Made by a program: the position numbers and the translations under genes. The notes under the pieces are model-generated. The model was not told where the DNA came from. It saw only the letters and a program-made list of their open reading frames with translations, and ran no database searches. From Eledone cirrhosa (lineage: Eukaryota), in the NCBI GenBank assembly GCA_964016885.1, contig OZ024752.1:23064001-23128000 (forward strand): a stretch of 64,000 bases of DNA, given 5' to 3'. Shown piece after piece: positions 1-14,659 of the stretch; position 1 is the first letter of the stretch; each line of letters opens with the position of its first letter.

Positions 1-3000
1 CTTCACAACACCTCACCACACCGCACCACCCTGCACCACACCACACCACACCACCCCACACCACACCAACCACTGCACACCACACCAAAATACACCACAC
101 TACACTACACCGCACCACACCACTCCACACCACACTACACAACACCACACTACACCACACCACACCACATCAGACCACACGCCACTGCACCACAATACAC
201 TACACTACACTACACTACACTACACTACACTACACTACACCACACCACACTACACCACAGCACACTGCACCACAGCACACCACACCAAACCACATCACAC
301 AACACCACACCACACCACAGCACACCACACTACACCACACCAACCACACCACACCAACCACACCACACCACACCACACCACACTACCACATCACCACTAC
401 ACCACACAACTCAAGAAGAACACTACACCACACCACATCGCACACCACACCACACTACACCACACCACACAAACACCACACTACACCACACCACACCACA
501 ACACACCACACTACACCACACCACACTACACCACACCACACTACACTACACTACACCACACTACACTGCACTACACTACACCACACTACACTACACCACA
601 CTACAATACACCACACCACACCACCCCGCACCACACTACACTACACCATACCACACAATATTACACCACATCACACCACACTACACTACACCACACTACA
701 CTACACAACACTACACCACATTACACCACACTACATCACACTAGACTACAGCACACCAGACCACACCACACCACACCACACCACACTGGACCACTCGACA
801 CTACACCACACCACACAACACCGCATCACACTACACCACACCACACCACATCACAGCACATCACAGCACACTACACTACACCACACTACACTACACTACA
901 CTACAGCACACCACACCACACCATACTACACTACACCACACCTCACCACACCACACCACACTACACCACACCACAACACAGCACACTACACCACAGCACA
1001 CCACAGCACACCACAACACAACCCAACACACCGCACTACACCACACTACACCACACCAAACCACACCACACCACACCACACCACAACACACCACAACACA
1101 CCACACCACGCTACACCACAGCACACCACACTACACCAACCACACTACACCACACTACACCACACGAAACTACACCACACCACACCACACTACAGCACAC
1201 TACACCACACCACATCACATCACAGCACATCACAACACACTACACTACACCACACTACACTACACTACACTACAGCACACCACACCTCACCACACCACAA
1301 CACTACAACCACACCACACTACACCACACCACACCACACTACACCACAACACACCACACCACACTAAACCTCACAACACCACACTACACCACACCACCCT
1401 GCACCACACCGGACATTACCACCCCATACCACACTACACCCGCCTCTATACAACACTACACCACACTACACCACACTACACCACACCACACTACACTACA
1501 CCACACCACACTACACCACACTACCCTACACGACACTACACCACACCCCACCACACTACACCACAACACACTACACCACACTACACCGTACCACACTACA
1601 CCACAGCACAGCACAGCACACCACACGACACCACACGACACCACACGACACCACACGTACTACACATACAGCACATAACACCACACCATACCTCACCCCA
1701 TCGCATTACACCGCACTACACCACATCACACCAAACTACACCAACCACACCACGCCACACTACATCACACCACACCACACTAGACCACACCACACCACAC
1801 GACACTACACCACACCACACCATACCACACCACCCCATACTACACTACACCACACCACACCACACTACACCACACCACACCACACTACAGCACACTACAG
1901 CACACCACACCACATAACAGCACATCACAGCACACTACACCACACCACACCACACTACACTACAGCACACCACACAACACCACACTACACTACACCACAC
2001 CGCACCATACTTCACCACACTACACTACACCACACTACACCATAGCACACCACACTACATCACACCACACTATACCACCCAACGCTACACTACACCACAC
2101 TACACCACACCACACTACAAAACAACACACCAGAACACACCACAACACACCACACCATTCCACACTGCACCACAGCACACCACAACACACTACAACACAC
2201 CACAAAACAACACAACACACCACACCACATTACACCACACCACAGTACACTACACCACAGCACAGCACGGCACACCACACGACACGACACCACACATACC
2301 ACACATACAGCACATTACACCTCACCATACCACACCCCATCGCATTACACCACGCTACAACAAAAAACACCACACTACACCAACCACACTACACCACACT
2401 ACACCAAACTACACCACACCACACCACACTACAGCACACTACACCACACCATATCACATCACAGCACATCACAGCACACTACACTACACCACACCACACT
2501 ACACTACACTACACTACACTACACTACAGCACACTATACTACACTACACTACACTACACTACAGCACACCACACTACACCACACCACACTACACTACACT
2601 ACACTACACTACAACACACCACCTCTCACCACACCACCACACTACAACCACACCACACTACACCACACTACACTACACCACACCACACTACACCACACCA
2701 GATCACACCACACTAAACCTCACAACACCACACTACACCACACCACACCACACCCCACCACATTACACCACAACACACCACAGCACGCCACACCACCCCA
2801 ACCACACCACACTACACCACACTACCCCACACAACACTACACCACAGCACACCACACCCCACCACACTACACCACAACACAACACACCACAGCATGCCAC
2901 ACCACCCCAACCACACCACGTAACACCACACTATACCAAACTCTACACCACACTACATGACACCACACTACACCACACTACACCACACCACACCACACCA

Positions 3001-6000
3001 CACTACACCACACCACAACACACCACAACACACCACACAACACTACACCGTACCACACTACACCACAGCACAGCACAGCACACCACACGACACCACACGT
3101 ACCACACATACAGCACATAACACCTCAGCATATCACACCCCATCGCACTACACCACATCACACCACACTACACCAACCACACCACGCCACACTACATTAC
3201 ACCACACTACACTACACCACACCACACCACACCACACCACACCACCCCATACCACACTACACCACACCACACCACACTACACCACACCACACCACACTAC
3301 AGCACACTACACCACACCACACCACACCACATCACAGCACATCACAGCACACTACACTACACCACACCACACCACACCACACTACAGCACACTACACCAC
3401 ACCACACCACACCACATCACAGCACATCACAGCACACTACACTACACCACACCACACTACACTACACTACAGCACACCACACCACACCACACCACACTAC
3501 ACTACACCACACCGCACCATACTTCACCACACTACACTACACCACACTACACCATAGCACACCACACTACACCACACCACACTATACCACCCAACGCTAC
3601 ACTACAGCACACTACACCACACCACACCACACCACATCACAGCACATCACAGCACACTACACTACACTACAGCACACCACACCACACCACACTACACTAC
3701 ACCACACCGCACCATACTTCACCACACCTCACCACACCACAACACCACAACCACACCACACTACACCACACAACACTACACCATACCACATCATAAAATA
3801 CCTCACCATACCACACCACACTATACCACACCGTACCACACCACACTACACCACACCTTACAACACTTCACTACACCACACTACACCACACCACACTTCA
3901 CCACACTACACCATACCACACTACACTACACCACACCGCACCACACCACACTACACCACACCACACCACACTACATTACACTACACTACACTGCACCATA
4001 CAACACGACACAACACTATACTACACCACACTACACCGCACTACACCACACCACACTACACCACACTACACCACACTACATCACACTACAACACAGCATG
4101 CCACACCACACTACACCACAACACATCACAGCACACTCCACTAAACCACACCATACTATTTTACACCACACACACACCACACCACACCACACTACACAAC
4201 ACCACACCACACCACACCACACTACACCACACCACATCACATCAGACCACACCACATTACACCACACACTACACCACACCCCACACCACACCACAATACA
4301 CTACACTACACCACACTACTCTACACCAAACTACACGATACCACACGACACCACACTACACCACACCACACCACACCACACCACACCACACCACACCATA
4401 CCACACTACACTACACTAAACCACACGACACAACACCACACTACACCACAACACACTACAACACACTACAACACACTACACCACACTACACCACACCACA
4501 CAACCTCACACTACACCACACTACACCACACTACAGCACACTACTGTACACTACACCACACTACACTACACCCCATACACCACACTACACTACACCACAC
4601 TACACTACACCACACCACACTACTCTACACAACACCACACTACACTACAGCCCACTACACCACACTACACTACACCACACTACACAACACCACACTACAC
4701 CACAACACACTACAACACACTACAACAGACTACACCACACTACACCACACACACACAACATCACACTACACTACACTACACTACACCACACTACACCACA
4801 CTACAGCACACTACTCTACACTACACCCCATACACCACACTACACTACACCACAATACACTACACCACACCACACCACACTACTCTACACAACACCACAC
4901 TACACTACAGCCCACTACACCACACTACACTACACCACACTACATCGCACTACACAACACTACACTACACCATATCACACCACACCACACTACAACACCC
5001 TGCACCACACCATGCTACACTACAACACACTACAGCACACTACACTGCACTACAATAGACTACACCACACCGCACAACACCACACCACACAACTCCATAC
5101 TACACCACACTACACCACACTACACTACACCACACTACACTACACTACACTACACCACACTACACTACACCACACTACAGCTCACTACACTACACCACAC
5201 TACACCACACTACACCACACCACACTACACCAAACTACACCACACCACACCACACTATACTAAACCACACCACACCACACCACTCACCACCACACCATTC
5301 TACTCCACACCACACTACACCATACGACACACACTACACCATACCACACCACACCACTCTATACCATATGACACAACACCACACCACACTACAGTAAACC
5401 ACACCACACCACACTACACCACATTACACCACACTACACGACAGCACATTACACCACACCACACTACACGACATCACACCACACTACACCACACCACACT
5501 ACACTACACTGCACGACATTACACCATACCACACCACACGACACGACACTACACCACAATACACCACACTAGACCACACCACACTATACCACACTACACC
5601 AAACTACAGTACACTACACCATACTACACCACACCACACCACACTATACCACTCTACACCACATCACAATACACCACACCACACTACACCACACCACACC
5701 ACACTACACCACACCACAGTACACTACACCACAGCACAGCACGGCACACCACACGACACGACACCACACATACCACACATACAGCACATTACACCTCACC
5801 ATACCACACCCCATCGCATTACACCACGCTACACCACATCACACCACACTACACCAACCACACTACACCACACTACACCACACCAAACTACACCACACCA
5901 CACCACACTACAGCACACTACACCACACCATATCACATCACAGCACATCACAGCACACTACACTACACCACACCACACTACACTACACTACACTACACTA

Positions 6001-9000
6001 CACTACAGCACACTATACTACACTACACTACAGCACACCACACTACACCACACCACACTACACTACACTACACTACACTACAACACACCACCTCTCACCA
6101 CACCACCACACTACAACCACACCACACTACACCACGCTACACTACACCACACCACACTACACCACACCAGATCACACCACACTAAACCTCACAACACCAC
6201 ACTACACCACACCACACCACACCCCACCACATTACACCACAACACACCACAGCACGCCACACCACCCCAACCACACCACACTACACCACACTACCCCACA
6301 CAACACTACACCACAGCACACCACACCCCACCACACTACACCACAACACAACACACCACAGCACGCCACACCACCCCAACCACACCACGTAACACCACAC
6401 TATACCAAACTCTACACCACACTACATGACACCACACTACACCACACTACACCACACCAGACCACACCACACTACACCACACCACAACACACCACAACAC
6501 ACCACACAACACTACACCGTACCACACTACACCACAGCACAGCACAGCACACCACACGACACCACACGTACCACACATACAGCACATAACACCTCAGCAT
6601 ATCACACCCCATCGCACTACACCACATCACACCACACTACACCAACCACACCACGATCACACCACACCACACTACACCACACCACACCACACCACACCAC
6701 CCCATACCACACTACACCACACCACACCACACTACACCACACCACACCACACTACAGCACACTACACCACACCACACCACACCACATCACAGCACATCAC
6801 AGCACACTACACTACACCACACCACACCACACCACACTACAGCACACTACACCACACCACACCACACCACATCACAGCACATCACAGCACACTACACTAC
6901 ACTACACCACACTACACTACACTACAGCACACCACACCACACCACACCACACCACATCACAGCACATCACAGCACACTACACTACACCACACCACACCAC
7001 ACCACACTACAGCACACTACACCACACCACACCACACCACATCACAGCACATCACAGCACACTACACTACACCACACCACACTACACTACACTACAGCAC
7101 ACCACACCACACCACACCACACTACACTACACCACACCGCACCATACTTCACCACACTACACTACACCACACTACACCATAGCACACCACACTACACCAC
7201 ACCACACTATACCACCCAACGCTACACTACAGCACACTACACCACACCACACCACACCACATCACTGCACACTACACTACACCACACCACACTTCACTAC
7301 ACTACACTACAGCACACCACACCACACCACACTACACTACACCACACCGCACCATACTTCACCACACCTCACCACACCACAACACCACAACCACACCACA
7401 CTACACCACACAACACTACACCATACCACATCATAAAATACCTCACCATACCACACCACACTATACCACACCGTACCACACCACACTACACCACACCTTA
7501 CAACACTTCACTACACCACACTACACCACACCACACTTCACCACACTACACCATACCACACTACACTACACAACACCGCACCACACCACACTACACCACA
7601 CCACACCACACTACATTACACTACACTACACTGCACCATACAACACGACACAACACTATACTACACCACACTACACCGCACTACACCACACCACACTACA
7701 CCACACTACACCACACTACATCACACTACAACACAGCATGCCACACCACACTACACCACAACACATCACAGCACACTCCACTAAACCACACCATACTATT
7801 TTACACCACACACACACCACACCACACCACACTACACAACACCACACCACACCACACCACACTACACCACACCACATCACATCAGACCACACCACATTAC
7901 ACCACACACTACACCACACCCCACACCACACCACAATACACTACACTACACCACACTACTCTACACCAAACTACACGATACCACACGACACCACACTACA
8001 CCACACCACACCACACCACACCACACTACACCATACCACACTACACTACACTAAACCACACGACACAACACCACACTACACCACAACACACTACAACACA
8101 CTACAACACACTACACCACACTACACCACACCACACAACCTCACACTACACCACACTACACCACACTACAGCACACTACTGTACACTACACCACACTACA
8201 CTACACCCCATACACCACACTACACTACACCACACCACACCACACCACACCACACTACTCTACACAACACCACACTACACTACAGCCCACTACACCACAC
8301 TACACTACACCACACTACACAACACCACACTACACCACAACACACTATAACACACTACAACAGACTACACCACACTACACCACACACACACAACATCACA
8401 CTACACCACACTACACTACACCACACTACACCACACTACAGCACACTACTCTACACTACACCACACTACACTACACCCCATACACCACACTACACTACAC
8501 CACAATACACTACACCACACCACACCACACCACACTACTCTACACAACACCACACTACACTACAGCCCACTACACCACACTACACTACACCACACTACAT
8601 CGCACTACACAACACTACACTACACCATATCACACCACACCACACTACAACACCCTGCACCACACCATGCTACACTACAACACACTACAGCACACTACAC
8701 TGCACTACAATAGACTACACCACACCGCACAACACCACACCACACAACTCCATACTACACCACACTACACCACACTACACTACACCACACTACACTACAC
8801 TACACTACACCACACTACACTACACCACACTACAGCTCACTACACTACACCACACTACACCACACTACACCACACCACACTACACCAAACTACACCACAC
8901 CACACCACACTATACTAAACCACACCACACCACACCACTCACCACCACACCATTCTACTCCACACCACACTACACCATACGACACACACTACACCATACC

Positions 9001-9424
9001 ACACCACACCACTCTATACCATATGACACAACACCACACCACACTACAGTAAACCACACCACACCACACTACACCACATTACACCACACTACACGACAGC
9101 ACATTACACCACACCACACTACACGACATCACACCACACTACACCACACCACACTACACTACACTGCACGACATTACACCATACCACACCACACGACACG
9201 ACACTACACCACAATACACCACACTAGACCACACCACACTATACCACACTACACCAAACTACAGTACACTACACCATACTACACCACACCACACCACACT
9301 ATACCACTCTACACCACATCACAATACACCACACCACACTACACCACACCACACCACACTACACCACACTACACCACACCAGACCACACTAAACCTCACC
9401 ACACAACACTACACCACACCACAC
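1..9424. repeat. Degenerate pentanucleotide satellite (ACCAC/ACTAC)n, extends beyond the left window edge
   Basis: Continuous 5-bp periodicity of CCACA/CTACA units with variants (GCACA, TCACA, ACACA). Almost no G on the + strand. Ends abruptly at ...acactattag (~9424). Confidence 0.97.
2235..9365. repeat. Tandem higher-order duplication (~3.5-3.65 kb unit, 2 copies) inside the pentamer array
   Basis: Rare markers recur in the same order: catgacaccac at ~2956/6425, tcataaaatacctc at 3791/7431, catgctacac at 5011/8667. ORF track pairs 2957/6426, 4098/7738 and 5012/8667. Confidence 0.9.
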
Positions 9425-10020
9425 TATTAGTAGATGATTGTTAGATGAAATAAGAAGAATAATTGATTTACTTTATACATAAAAAGGTTTACTTCACTTC
9501 AGTAAAAAAGAACAATAAACAAGTTACCACGAGTCGCGAAAGTTGACGATGTTATTTTGTTGATGATTCATGAGGCTGGTGTAGTCCGAGACCAGGAGAG
9601 AGAGAGAGAGTAATGGCCTGTGGTTGATTGCCTCGAGGGATCGCTGACGCATGAACCGTCCACGCCGGAAAGGATGGTGAACTAGAATTTGACTTTTAGG
9701 TGTTAACTCAATCATGGCATTATTGTTTTCATCAAAAGACCCATCAAGAATACAACCTGTCAGCTATACTATGATTGTTGCAAAGTATAAATCGAACAGG
9801 CCTAAGATTTAATACATTCTACTCATACCCATCTCATTTTTTATTTGTTGTCTAGGACTACATTATTTAATGTATTTTTGGCCTTTCTAAGACTAATTTT
9901 TATGGAGAATGCAGCTGCCATTTCTAGCAGGTCAACTGAGGATATAGAGGCTCCCTCGGTGATTGACGTCGGTTTTCTTGTCAGTCTGGACCAGCATAAC
10001 TCGTAGTATCGTAACCATGT

Positions 10021-10240
10021 TTAATGTCTCGTATCTGATAGATTTAGTGCGGGTTTTAAATTATATATTTTCAGTTTTCTTGTAGAAGTCTTCTCATGTT
10101 GCCAATCGATAGAGATACCTGTATGTGATACTGGTATATGTATGTCAGGGGTGGTTAAAGCTTTTCTGAATGGGGGAGCAGCACATTTGGCCAATTTAGT
10201 TGTAGTGATTAGTTTAGCAGTTATTATCAAATATCAATCA
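10021..10240 (-). mobile_element. Possible decayed Penelope-like GIY-YIG C-terminal remnant
   Basis: Minus strand has aac-taa-att-ggc-caa (N*IGQ, like YIGQT), then HIPVSH and ...IYNLKPALN, resembling the 'P.LN' end of PLE endonucleases. Heavily degraded. Confidence 0.3.
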
Positions 10241-10525
10241 AGATATAAAAAACTTTGATATGCGATAAACACTGTTCAAGGCGTGGTCAAATCTCGCTAC
10301 ACGTTTATCATCATTGTCTTTGGTGGCAACTTCCAATAATGGTTTGTCCCAGAGGCGAGAAAACTCAGATTTGGTTTCGAATCTTCGCCAGTAAAACATA
10401 ATAGTATTCCGTTATAATAGCATGTTAACGAACCATTTTGCTCGGGTCTACTGCTGGGTCTCCTGTCGAATGGTTTTGTCTGTAAAATCTGCCCAGCGAT
10501 TCATTCCTGAGACATTGAGCTCGAT

Positions 10526-10647
10526 GGATCTCGCTTGGAGATCCAGCTGGATCAACTGGAAACTGTTGCTTCTGACAGGACCAGCTGGAAGGAGTGTTTG
10601 AGGAGTCCGCCTCCACGACTTTCTCAAGAATAAGTGGCGAAGAAGAA
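10526..10647 (+). mobile_element. RTE-clade LINE 3' end fragment
   Basis: Frame reads GSRLEIQLDQLETVASDRTSWKECLRSPPPRLSQE* (stop 10631-10633). It resembles the C-terminus of Expander/Rex3-type RTE ORFs (W.RLGI....L..VA..R..W...L..LPPR) and is followed by a short (GAA)n tail. Confidence 0.65.
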
Positions 10648-11366
10648 CAATCTTAGGCCTGTTCGATTTATACTAAACAACAACAAACAAACAACAACAA
10701 CAACCAAGATATCAATTAAAAGACAAAATGAAAATCGATCCTTCGAAAATATTCCAAGTACAAGAATGATAATGACAAGGTCATCGATAATAATTAGTAC
10801 ATTGAAGACGATTAAAATCTAACACGAACAAACAGACAGTATAATGAAGTCTCAGAGACGTTACATAACACTTAACATCTAAGTCAACGGGGCATAGCGG
10901 ACATTATATGCAAACCATATTCAATTCGATAACCCAATTCACACGTTATTTTCTCTACATAATGTTATAAAAGCTTTCGTAATAAACAAAAGTAACAAGA
11001 AACCAACGTCAAAAACAAAACAATCCCAACCACAGTAGACTAGATGCAACATGAATATTCATCCTCCCCCACTCCCTTCCTCTTTCTCCCTCTCTCTCTC
11101 TCTCTCTCTTTCTCCCTCTCTCATTTCTTACCCCTCTTTCTCCCCCTCTTACTTTCTCCCTATCTCATTTCTTACATCTCTTTCTTCCCCTGCCTCTCCC
11201 TCTTTCTTTCTCCCTCTCTCTCTCTCTTCCTCCCCCCTCACCCTTCCTCCGTCTCCAAAACAGTAATATTACCACACACACCACAAGGTGATACAGGTGT
11301 CTCTAGCGATGCAACCATACCACTCTACACTAGCAATGAAATATCAATGAAAACATAAAATCACAC

Positions 11367-11563
11367 TATCGGTAGAGAATCCTACACCATAGAGTTATGG
11401 TCCTTTGCGTTTTGAGTTCAAATCCCGCCAAGGTTATCTTTGCCTTTCATCCTTACATGGTCGATAAAATAAAGTACCAGTAATGTACAAGGGTCGATAT
11501 AATCGACTTTTCCTTTCCCTTCAAATTGCTGGCCTTGTGTCAAATGTAGATATAATTACTATT
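11367..11563 (+). mobile_element. tRNA-derived SINE copy A
   Basis: B-box-like GAGTTCAAATCC, then the conserved body ctttgcctttcatcc..ggtcgataaaataaagtaccagt and tail aattgctggccttgtg, shared with neighbouring copies. Confidence 0.8.
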
Positions 11564-11574
11564 TGTAACATATT

Positions 11575-11712
11575 AAGGTGGTGGTTTGGCAGAACCATTA
11601 GGCCACCAGATTAAAAGAGTTCTGAGTTTAAATGACGCCCAGGTCAACTTTGCTTATCATCCTTCTGCGGTCGATGAAATCATTTGCCAATAAAGTAGTG
11701 GGTCGATATTAT
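11575..11712 (+). mobile_element. tRNA-derived SINE copy B
   Basis: ggtggtggtttggcagaacc head, ttctgagtttaaat B-box, aggtcaactttgcttatcatcc..ggtcgatgaaat body. Confidence 0.75.
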
Positions 11713-11718
11713 TAACAT

Positions 11719-11902
11719 TTGGCAGTATCGGTAGAGGGTCGGACGCCATGCTTTGACGCATTGAGTTACGGCCCTTGCCATTCTGAGTTCAAATCCCGCC
11801 GAGGTTAACTTTGCATTTCATCCTTACGGGGTCGATAAAATGAAGTAGCAGTAATACACTGAGGTAATTGCTGGCCTTGTGCCAAAATTAGAAACAATTA
11901 TT
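11719..11902 (+). mobile_element. tRNA-derived SINE copy C
   Basis: tggcagtatcggtagagggtcggac head (A-box-like), ttctgagttcaaatcccgccgaggtt B-box, same body and tail as copy A. Confidence 0.8.
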
Positions 11903-12108
11903 AACATTCCTCTACATTTCTACTGGCCAAACCTTCAGCAACCTCTTCAGTTACCACTTGGAACCTAGATACCTACGTCTTGTCACTGCTCTATTTACCA
12001 CCCTGTCAGCCAGCGGATTACCCACAGACCTTGAATATTTGGATATATATATATATATATATGTAAAAGAAACCAAAGAACGCTTACATACTCAAACAGT
12101 TTTTATTT

Positions 12109-12153
12109 GCTTACAATGTTTCATCCATACCGTTGGGTAGGAATTATCAGAGC
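12109..12153 (-). ncRNA. Degenerate type I hammerhead-like motif
   Basis: Minus strand: GCT-CTGATAA-t-tcctacc-caac-ggtatgga-t-GAAA-cattg-TA-AGC. Stem I GCT/AGC and stems II and III are present. G8 is changed to A. Confidence 0.5.
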
Positions 12154-12442
12154 TTAATAAACATAGTGCTGAGTATAAGCTCTACCAAGCTTAGTCACAC
12201 GAACAATCGGAATACAATAGAGGGCAAATATGGGGAGTTCGGATATGGCGAGTAAGGAGAGAGTACATGCTGGTGTTGTTAAGCACCACAGCTAAATGCT
12301 AGGGCTCAAGCAGATCTCACAAGATGCAAATACAATTGATGGCACACATAATAAAAAAATACAAACAATGGTTAAAACATAATAAAAAAGCAAAAGGAAG
12401 ATAATATAAAGAGATAAAAAGTGAATAAAAACACAGCGTCTG

Positions 12443-12444
<2 letters not shown>

Positions 12445-12523
<79 letters not shown>

Positions 12524-12530
12524 CTCTCTC
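12445..12530. repeat. (CT)n/(TCTA)n microsatellite
   Basis: Direct reading of the sequence. Confidence 0.95.
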
Positions 12531-12699
12531 CCGCTATCCCCCTCTTTTAGTCTGTCTGTTTCTTTCACTCTCACTCTTTCTTTTTCATTTTTACAGATAT
12601 AGAGATTTTTTCTGTGCAAAGTCGTACCTATAGTCAGTTTTATCGATTTTTTACCTGGACAAAGAGGGAGTCGATCACGCAATGTCGTGCCTACTTGCC

Positions 12700-12799
12700 C
12701 TGATAAATTTGTGGTTGATTACAAGTAAAATGTTGAAAATCGGTCTTGCGGATCAAATGTTGCTGCGGAACAGACACACACACACAGACAGATATTTTC

Positions 12800-12868
<69 letters not shown>
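12700..12868 (-). mobile_element. Helitron-like non-autonomous element end followed by (TA)n
   Basis: Minus strand reads tatataaaaatgaaaatatctgtctgtgtgtgtgtgtctgttcc..accgattttcaacatttt, the TATA..(CTGT)n..CCGATTTT layout typical of non-autonomous Helitron-type repeats. (TA)n at ~12805-12868. Confidence 0.45.
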
Positions 12869-12869
<1 letters not shown>

Positions 12870-12947
12870 CGGCGATGAATTAGTTTTGCGAGGTTTTTGA
12901 TATGAAATCGTGTGTCGAAACAAATATTGTTATACTTGGGAAGGGTT

Positions 12948-13160
12948 TATTAACTTAATATGTGTGTAAAGTTTCATCAGGATCGGATCACTGGTTTAGA
13001 CGCCAACTGGTTACACACAGACAGACAGAAATTGCCATTTATATATATATATATAATATATATATATAAATGGCAATTTCTGTCTGTCTGTGTGTAACCA
13101 GTTGGCGTCTAAGCCAGTGATTCGATCCTGATGAAACTTTACACATATGTTAAGTTAATA
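12948..13160. mobile_element. 93-bp inverted repeat pair (two Helitron-like ends head-to-head) around (TA)n
   Basis: Arms 12948-13040 and 13068-13160 are reverse complements with 4 mismatches. Each reads aaatggcaatttctgtctgtctgtgtgt..gatcctgatgaaactttacac outward from the TA spacer. Confidence 0.85.
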
Positions 13161-13317
13161 TTCAGAAACAGGACTAGCTAATTGGATTTCAATAAAAATC
13201 AACAATGGAACCCCTGGGGACATTAAACCCTCCCTCCCACTACTCCCCTTCCTCCTCCCATACCTCAGTCCTCCAAAACGAGGCAACAACTTATTTGTTT
13301 TTTGTTCTTCATTCTGT

Positions 13318-13323
<6 letters not shown>

Positions 13324-13389
<66 letters not shown>
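13324..13389. repeat. (GA)n microsatellite
   Basis: Direct reading of the sequence. Confidence 0.95.
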
Positions 13390-13393
<4 letters not shown>

Positions 13394-14659
13394 TGAGAGA
13401 GAGGATAACCGAGAGAGAGGGTGGATGAGAGAGAGAAAGAGAGCCAAAGCAAGAGAGAGAGAGAGGGGGGATTAGGGAGGAGAGAGAAAGAAAACAGAAA
13501 AATGATATCATAGTTCGATAACTAACTTTTATTTATTCATTAAACGCTTCTTAACTCACTCCTTTCTTAACGTTACTTCTCTTTCTCTCTCTCTTTCACA
13601 AAAGTCCTAATGAGACTGTGTGTGTATATGAGCGTGTGTGTGTGTGTGTACGTGCGTGCGTGTGCGTCTCGGAGTTCTTAAATTAGAGACAAGTGTGTGT
13701 GTGTGAGTGTGTTTATCATCGTACTTAAGTTAGAGACATATATCCCAGTCTACTGTCTCATGTATGTATATATATATGAAGCAAAAAGGAAAGGTTGTAT
13801 GTGACACCTCTATCTACTAGAAATATTAGCAAAATCCATTTCAAATCACAGCGAACAGTCTTACACACACAAACACACACACATACACGTGTGCTTATCT
13901 ATGTCACGGAAGCCACTATAACTGTTGGTGTACTTAAAAGAAATAGAAAACAAATCTCCCTCAAACAAGATCCTACTGCCATAGAGATAAAAGTTGGTGA
14001 AAGCTACAGTGTAAAAAATTTAATTAACCCAGGCTCTGCCAAGGAGCTTAAACTCTCCAAATATTAGTCACTCTCCGACAGGTTTGTTGTTGAGCCCATA
14101 GCAACTCACTACCATCGGCACAGAGTTGGCTACCCGCAGGGGTGAGCCTCGCAAGCCGGAATAGATTTTCCAGCGCGCCTCTCTCACCATCCTCTATTCC
14201 GACCGCCGGGGCTGTTGGGCGGCCAGCGCTGGGCCCCCATTTGCTCATAATAGTGAGTGATGGGGAGATTGGGATAGATGGAGATGGAGCTTGGTTCCTG
14301 GTGTATATGTATATATTTACCACACTTACACACATTTAAATAAACTTTCCTGAATTACAGAAATGGGTAAGTAAATTCTTCATTCATTCATAAACCAATG
14401 GCAAATTTATTATTTTATTTTGTTTTATTTATGCTTTTTAAAATAGCCTTCACACTTTGTTTGAATTTCAGACGTTCTGATTGTGCAAAAAAAAAAAAAA
14501 AGAAGGATAAATAAAATCTAAATTTATTTTTTTGGTTATCCCCTTTTCATTGACAACATACCTAATGATTCTTCCAAGTGCGAAGTATTATATACGCTGA
14601 TTGTAATAGGGAACAGTATTTAAAAAATCAGCACTGGACAAAACTAACAATATTTTTTA

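Noticed and set aside
1-9424. Telomeric repeat
   Set aside because: The unit (TGTGG/TGTAG on the minus strand) is not TTAGGG/TTAGG and is highly degenerate.
891-9444. His/Thr/Pro-rich or Cys/Val/Trp-rich ORFs up to 695 aa
   Set aside because: These are translations of a G-poor pentamer repeat that rarely forms stop codons. Pentamer indels shift frames.
11410-11830. tRNA genes suggested by GTTCAAATCC B-boxes
   Set aside because: No cloverleaf or acceptor stem. The boxes are followed by a shared SINE body, so these are SINE heads.
13128-13140. CTGATGA-AAC as a hammerhead core
   Set aside because: There is no stem II between CTGATGA and GAAA; it is part of the Helitron-like arm.
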